Source: Amoeboaphelidium protococcarum X5 (taxonomy: Eukaryota > Fungi > Aphelidiomycota). From it: a DNA stretch of 64,000 bases. The translations under genes were made by a program, and so were the position numbers. The stretch's first letter is position 1, and each line of letters opens with the position of its first letter. The stretch covers positions 1 to 64,000 of the forward strand of contig JALDTO010000154.1 in the NCBI GenBank assembly GCA_023515725.1, given 5' to 3'. The notes below the pieces were generated by a model. It searched no databases and had not been told where the DNA came from. It worked only from the letters and a program-made list of their open reading frames with translations. Below are positions 57,019-64,000 of this stretch, in pieces.

Positions 57019-57247
57019 TTATTTAATCAATTGATTTTCCCATCTCAACTCTTTTTATTGATATTGTTCTCTTAACGCGCGGCTTATGAAAATTTAGTTT
57101 AACGATTCCGCTTTGGTGAAGTTTCGCGCCGAGTTAGCGATCGCCCGTTCATTCTCTTCATCTTTGTCGTTTCTCGCTGGACGTTGTCAGTTATTACCAC
57201 AACTTGGACTAAAGTTAAAGACTAATCGTAATACTAAAAGAATCAAT

Positions 57248-58621
57248 ATGGATGAAGAGTATGATGTCGTTGTTCTGGGAACTGGTCTGACTGAGTGTAT
57301 ACTTAGCGGCCTTTTGAGTATCGAGAAGAAGAAAGTTTTGCACATGGACAGGAACAACTATTACGGCGCAGAGTGTGCCTCGCTGAATCTGTCCTAGATG
57401 TACCAATAATTTAAGGCTGATGAGTTTACCAAGATGCAAAGTAAAGTGCCTTCGGTATTTGGTCGTGAGAGAGATTTCAATTTGGATCTGGTGCCAAAGT
57501 TTATTATGGCCAACAGCGATCTGGTCACCATTCTGACTCGCACCGATGTCACTCGTTACTTGGAGTTTAAGTAGATTGCCGGTTCGTATGTCTATCGCAG
57601 TGGTAAGATTTACAAGGTGCCTGCTACTGCTATGGAGGCTGCATCTTCTGGTCTGATGGGATTCTTTGAGAAGGGCCGTTGCAAGTCATTCTTCACCTAT
57701 TTGTAGAATTACAAGTATGAAGATAAAAGCACCTGGCAGGGAATGGATCTGAACACTGTCACCATGAGAGAGGTGTTCAAGTATTTCGGATTGGAGACTG
57801 GAACTCAGGACTATGTTGGTCATGCTCTGGCTTTGTACTTGGATGACAATTACCTGGATCTTCCCGCCAAGGAGACTCATGAGCGTATCAAGCTGTACGT
57901 CCAATCTCTGTCCAGATACGGAAAGTCGCCATACATCTATCCAATGTATGGATTGGGTGAGCTGCCTCAAGGTTTCGCACGTCTGGCTGCCATCTACGGT
58001 GGTACTTATATGTTGGATAAGAAAGTTGACGAGATTGTGTATGAGAACGGCAAGGTGGTGGGTGTTCGCTCTGGCGATGAAGTTGCTAAATGTAAAGCTG
58101 TGATTTGTGATCCTTCATATGCTCTAACCAAGTGCTAGAAGACTGGGCGTATAATTCGTGTAATCTGTCTGTTGGACCATCCTATCCCTAATACCGGTGA
58201 TGTTGATTCGGTCTAGATTATCGTGCCATAAGGTCAGGTGCCTGGTCGTAAGAGCGACATGTACATTGCCTGTGTCAGTGCTGAGCATTGTGTCGCCGGC
58301 AAAGGCTGGTGGGTGGCTATTGCCAGTTGCAGCGTGGAGTCTTCTAATCCTGAGGCTGAAATTCAGGTTGCCTTAAACTTGCTTGGTCCCATCAAGGAGA
58401 GATTTGTCTCTATTGTTGATCAGTATGAACCGCTCGAGTCTGGTGTGAATGATAATTTGTTCATCACCAAATCCTATGATGCTACCAGCCACTTTGAAAC
58501 TGTTGTTCACGATCTGAAGAATGTCTATTAGCGTTATAGCGGCCAGCCTCTAAGTCTGGATTAGAATGTGCGTCAGAGTGTAGAAGAGGAGTAGAAAGCA
58601 ATGTCTCAAAACTAATAATGA
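57248..58621 (+). CDS. GDI1: Rab GDP-dissociation inhibitor
   Basis: [41 protein letters not shown] and SYDATSHFE motifs. Confidence 0.97.
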
Positions 58622-58863
58622 TTTAAGTTTCGTGTGAAGGTAATACAGGCTGGTCGAAATGAATATATTCTTGCATTTAAATTTTGCTGTTGTTGATTAC
58701 TGACTGTCACTCTCTTTTAAATGCCGCTATAAGAGAGTTCTGGTTATGATGACACAGTACTCTCAATACGCTCTATAACACACAAGAAAATCACAATATA
58801 CAAAGTGGCGCGTTAATACCAGAATAAAAAAACTATATTTATCAACTCAAAACATTTTAAAAA

Positions 58864-59394
58864 TCATATTTCATTCCGCTAGACAATAATGTCACCTCTG
58901 ATCAATGCACAACCAATCTTGTTCAAATGATCTGACCAGTTTGAATCGAGGCGCACCTAGCAAATCATTCCATCTCCACCAGCATCTCTCGACTTTGGCA
59001 GACCAACAGAGAGATTTTACTTAACGGGAGTGATAGCCTTCTTAACATCTGTATCAAAGCTCACCTTGTACGCTATGTTACGAAACTCAACGTACACATT
59101 GTCAATTTGGGATCTCTCCTGCAATATGGTGCCAACAACAGTCGCGCCATCACAAGTCAGCAGTTTACTCGCGTATTTATTCTCGACGGTCGGCACACTA
59201 ACTGTGCGCATCTCATCGACACAAAGATTCTCAGATTCAGAAATCATTCTTTGCTGCGAACTCGGGGCAGGATTGCTACCATGAGAGTTTGATGCTGATG
59301 ATCCACTACCCCGGTGTGAAGCTTGAGGCGGAAAGGGAGGAGCGGCGCGTGATAACACCATAATGAGCAGAGAGGCAATAATAATTTTCAACAT
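58864..59394 (-). CDS. Orphan secreted protein, paralog A (176 aa)
   Basis: Signal peptide MLKIIIASLLIMVLSRA|AP; shares blocks with 59728-60348. Confidence 0.8.
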
Positions 59395-59727
59395 ATTTGT
59401 AATTAAAGGACTCTAGTTTATTAATTTACTATTTAATATATGAATAGATTTAAATAAATAAAATTAAAAAAGAAGAAGAGTAGTCGTAGAATTAAACAAA
59501 TCATGCTCTGGTCCATAAGTAACATCTGACTTGATCAGCAGTTGGCTATGATTCGCTGCATCACCACACGAGTGATCTTATGTAACACCGCGTTACCTTC
59601 GTGATCAAGGTAGTCAGTCTATTTCTGGAAGATCATATCATTGTACATCGTAATAGGATTTACCTAAGAAAGAAGACTTCTCTGATTGTAATCAATTTTA
59701 TCATATTATTATATAAAGCTCATCATT

Positions 59728-60348
59728 TCATAAATCTTCAGATCTACGATAGGTGTCAATTTCATTGTTGGCAAATGCACAACCGATCTCGTTCATGAGA
59801 TCAGTCCAATTGTCATCAAGGCGCACCTCAATCACATTATCAGCAGTGGCAGGCGCCGAAGCTGTGGAGTTGTTTTACTCCTTGGCTTCACTCAAAGCAC
59901 TCTGTATCCTCTCAAGCTCCTCCGGCATTATCGTCATCCGATCCTACCTGGTCAGAGTGAACGGCTCGGACGCGTTGGAAGAGAAGCCTACTTTGTATAC
60001 CATGTTATCATACTCTGCGTAGACATTGGTCACCTCAGATATCTCCTGCCATATAGTGCCAACAGCGGTTGTTTCATTACAGGTCAGCGGCTTATTAGCA
60101 TACTTTTTCGGATGGTGCACCAGATTGCCTTCCTGATCGATTGAAACACCGTCAATTCGCAGTGTTTGTAGCAGCGAAAACTCGGGGACAACAGTTGCAG
60201 TGGTGAGCTCGGTACCTAAACCACTAGAACGTCCCAAAACAGTAGGATTTTCACCGGCAGGTTAATACAATGGCTGGATTAATGGAGCAGCGCGAGACAC
60301 AGCAGCAATCATGATTGTAACTAGTAGAGATTAGACTATGATCTTCAT
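59728..60348 (-). CDS. Orphan secreted protein, paralog B (206 aa)
   Basis: Signal peptide MKIIVQSLLVTIMIAAVSRA|AP; KYANKPLTC..VGTI.QE.S...NVY.E..N..YKV.F and VRLD.NW.D..N.IGCA shared with paralog A. Confidence 0.8.
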
Positions 60349-60829
60349 TCTTAAATTTAAAATTATATTACGAAATTAATTGTGATGAAAAAATTGACTA
60401 TATTTTGTATAATATATCTATAAAGAAACAAGATCTATGGCTGGTAGAATTACAACTTGATCATCATTTACCAATGCAACTGTAACATGGCGCGCGTAAC
60501 CTCAAAGTTACATACTGTATCTATAGGTGGAACGTTGCACCAAGATTTGTAGATTTACAATAGTCAATTGTCTTAAGAAACGAATACTGCTGAGCATAAA
60601 TATGGATAAAAAGGATTGCGCTTTAAGTGTATTCCGGACATCTTGTAGTAAAGTAATTTACTCATATCACGGCCCAAATTTATTGACTAGAAACTCTAAC
60701 GGGTGTGAATTACACGTGTAGCTCTTTAGCAAGCTATCATTAATTTCATGATATCTCATGAGTCAATTCATATGTCGATGTACTGTGCAACAGGAGTAAA
60801 AAATAAACTCAGATGCAGCAAAAAATAGT

Positions 60830-60910
60830 TGCATCCTGTGAGACTCGAACTCACGCCCCTTGCGGGATTCGAGCTTAAGTCGAACTGAATGGCCACTATC
60901 AGAAGAATGC
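60830..60910 (-). tRNA. tRNA-Leu(UAA), atypical D-arm
   Basis: Acceptor GCATTCT/AGGATGC + A73; anticodon arm TTCGA-CTTAAGC-TCGAA; variable arm CCC-GCAA-GGG; T arm GTGAG-TTCGAGT-CTCAC; T6 terminator at 60825-60820. Confidence 0.88.
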
Positions 60911-61060
60911 TACGAAATTCCATGAAATATTCCGCTCATACTGAATAAGTAGTACCAATAGATTTCCCCAACTCCCACTGGACAGTCAGATAGCTAAACG
61001 AATAATAAAAGCCTAGTGTTGAAGATATAAGGCACGGGGCAAAGAAAATACAAACTTTAT

Positions 61061-61776
61061 TCACATCTTTCTCAACATCAAATACACGTTATTCCCAACG
61101 TCAAATTCTGAAAACTTCCTAGCGTTACTACTTTCCAAAGACAGTAGAAGACCTCCAAATGACACATACACTTATCTACATGAAATGAACAATTGGTTGA
61201 ATAATCAGAATATGATATCATAAACTTGGCATAATGGATTATAGAACGCGTATATATGTATGCAAAGTGTGACCGAACAGAATATTAAAATGTAATCTGC
61301 AAGGTGTCTATATGCACATTGATGGATATAGCGAGTCATTAAAGCACTGCATGCATGGAAAAGCGCGCAATGGAGTCAACCTCGCGGCTATGATAATCAT
61401 AGTGACACCATAGAACTAAAATCTTCTACGGTACTCTGAGAGATCCATCATGCCAAAGTATAACAGCAAAAACTTACGTTAAATTATTGTGAGTGTCAAA
61501 TTTATACACCTTTCCATACATGACATACTCGTAGGCGTCAGCAGCATTCTAATCCAAATCGCTGGTGACGACTACAGATATCTTCTGGCCCTTCTCTAGC
61601 CGGAGCAATTCGCTGTTAAAATCAAGCATAATTGCGTCCCCACTAGCAGCACCGCCAGCAATAGGAGCGACGTGTCCAGCCACTCGGCCTTCCAATCGAC
61701 TCACTCTGTCAAACTTCTTTCCATCCTTGTCGATAGAGGAAATACTGAACGTGTCCTAATACAACACCTTTCTCAT
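61061..61776 (-). CDS. RPB8: RNA polymerase I/II/III shared subunit Rpb8; 302-nt intron 61176-61477 (absent from the ORF track)
   Basis: IDKDGKKFDRVSRL, ADAYEYVMYGKVYK, then after the intron VYVSFGGLLL...VYLMLRK; 137 aa. Confidence 0.93.
61288..61391 (-). ncRNA. Putative intronic structured RNA (H/ACA-like), target unassigned
   Basis: Long hairpin GCGAG..CTCGC, short hairpin AATGTGCA..TGCAGATT, then ACA-TTT; enclosed by a 14-bp intron stem. No canonical H box found. Confidence 0.5.
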
Positions 61777-62099
61777 GACAGTTGAGTTGATAATGAATTA
61801 GACTAAGGACAATAAATGATACGCAGCGAAAAAACATTGAAAAAAGTGCAGAGAGATGATCAAAGCACCGATCTGCTAAGGTTGCGTTTTCTTGATTTGC
61901 CTGCTCGCTCATCACACCCTTTCGCTTATCTTCGGCCTGGCTGATCTCTCGTTTCGAGTTCGTCGTGTCGCGTCTTTATTCGTTCGTTCTCACTTTCTTT
62001 AGTTCCGCTTTTCTTTCATCTGAATACATTTATAAAGTTGAACTTGTTTCTTTTTTCCTTAACTTACTTGATACTCTTTGGAGCAGAATTTTTATTACA

Positions 62100-64000
62100 A
62101 TGTCTCAGAAAGTGCAAGAATAGCAGGTTTAATTATAGTAAACCTCTGACGTGGAATAGTGTCAAGTTATTGTAGCTCTGGTCCAGTAGATTCTTGGTGG
62201 TCAAGATATATTGGTGGCAGACTTGTTGAAAGCTTTGTAAGAATTTGCATCATAACATTCATCTTCAGGAGAGAAGAAGGTAGAAGTTTATGTCCTAATA
62301 TGCTCCGTATTGGAATTGGCATTCAGCCCAGATTTATCTGACTTTGTGCAAGACTACCGAGATTTGATGCTGGACGAAGTTGGAAAAATGTTTAATCTAA
62401 AGGAGATGTGTGATACTCTCAAGAGCGGATCCAAGGGTGCCCACTTCAATTAAGATTTACGCCAGATCCAGTTAAGAATTACGATGGCTAGAATTGTTGC
62501 TTTGATGTTTATGAATTTGCCAAATGATTTTGATCTGATTCTCAATACTGTGTTAGATATGAATTCTAGTGACTATGTATTCCCGCTGATGTTTAGTTGT
62601 ATTCCTGCTTAAGTTGACCTGATATTATCGCTGGTATAGTAGAAGCAATAGGCGCATAATTAACATGCTAACGGTGTTGGTAGAGATTTTGACGATGGTC
62701 ATGTTCAAACGTAGGTGGACAAGATTTAATAGATGGTAGACGGTGATCTCTCTGGTCCAAGCAAAAGCGCGATCCTTATTTACATCTCCTCAGCTGTAAA
62801 GACTATGGCGGACAAGGTTGCTTAGAGTTCTGGGCCTCGTTTGAATATTGAGCAATTACTTATCAGTGCCGTCCAATTTGGTGCGTTATAGTTTATTTGT
62901 GATCAAGTAGTTCCATTTAAGTCGGACGCTGTTTTTAATTTCGAGGACAAGTCGCATGGTTTATAGAGGAGGTAGATGTATGAATTGCTGTATGCCTCTA
63001 ATCATTGGTCTAATCATCTTATTTATGCCCAGCTCACTTAAGCTATGAATGGCTTGATTAACAAGTTTTCTGAAGTGGTGAGACTCATTAAATCTTTAGA
63101 TGAAGGCTTTAACTAGCAGTAGAGTAGTCCGCAGAAATTAGGTAAAGGTAGATCCCGTTTGTTCGGTAGTCTTGTACAAACTAATCATATATCCAGCACA
63201 AGCACAGTCAAGGACTCGTAGTAAATAAGTGAAAAGTCCGCTCCGCACCAGAAGCAATATTTGGTTTAGATGCTCGAATTATTGTGTGATTTATTTGCCG
63301 CATATCCTCAGAATGCCACTCAGCTGCTTGGCCATAGAAAGAGAGCAATTCTTCGCTAATTATATGACGACAAAAGTTCTCATATTCAGTCAAGATGTTT
63401 GTACTATAAGATGCTTGGACTGGCGGCATTAGATTCGGATTGTGCCACCCAAGTTTATGATTTCCTATGCAGTTACTCCGTGTCTTCAACTCTTAGTTGG
63501 AGTTATCTCAATTCAGCTCTGGATCATTACATTAATGAGATGCACAATTTGAAGACTGATTATAATTAAGAACTTATTTTGAGTGATGATATCGAACTAT
63601 TGAAAGCCATGTTGTTCTGCTTCGCGTCTGTGGTATCTTCAAGTGTTAGTGCAAAGTATGCTCTATATGATAATGGCTAGACTTTGAAGCGTCTGTTTGA
63701 TCTACTAGTGTGCCATCTACCTACTGAATTAAAGGCTGCACATTTGGATGCAATTGCTGCTTTTACTACTGTTTTACATCCAGCTGATTCTGGGGAACAT
63801 TCTGTGGTATAGCATGGTGGATAAAACGATATGCAATTGGTGTAGAATTTCAATTTGAATATTTGGCAGTTGTTAGAGTTGTCAAACTTCTTGCCGGCCG
63901 ATTACAATGGTGGCTATGTGCACGACTTTGAGCAGGTTGAAGTTCGTGAAGGTTGGTATTATGAAAGCGTTGCATTTTGCCGTCTTATGTCTCACCTTCT
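62100..64000 (+). CDS. NUP192: Nucleoporin Nup192/Nup205, runs off the window
   Basis: LFDLLVCHLPTELKAAHLDAIAAF, IWQLLE and EQVEVREGWYYESVAFCRLM resemble Nup205-family motifs; frame open in table 6. Confidence 0.7.

Noticed and set aside
60830-60910. tRNA as the Gln tRNA that reads UAA
   Set aside because: The loop CU-UAA-GC gives anticodon UAA (reads UUA, Leu); the long variable arm and A73 also indicate Leu.

Overview
Left end of a compact, gene-dense eukaryotic chromosome of a fungus-related opisthokont. It uses a non-standard nuclear code: TAA and TAG encode Gln and TGA is the only stop (table 6), so the supplied ORF track is fragmented. This code plus fungal-type genes best fits the aphelid Amoeboaphelidium protococcarum (inference). 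Re-read in table 6, the window holds a telomere, about 33 protein genes, one probable pseudogene, a tRNA-Leu and several ncRNAs. Main observations: (1) the telomeric repeat is joined directly into the MAK21/NOC1 coding region; (2) all 15 coding-region introns I resolved end in TGTAG; (3) two oversized introns (NOG2, RPB8) are closed by terminal stems, carry structured RNAs (the NOG2 one is an snR191/U19-type H/ACA snoRNA) and share a 16-nt motif; (4) an unidentified ~0.6-0.9 kb structured RNA lies at ~30.9-31.7 kb; (5) a divergent T-box factor; (6) a Tudor-less Tudor-SN; (7) a stand-alone C-terminal Tom1/HUWE1-type HECT gene; (8) a tandem pair of orphan secreted proteins with shared upstream motifs. 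All translations and folds were done by eye; no searches were run.
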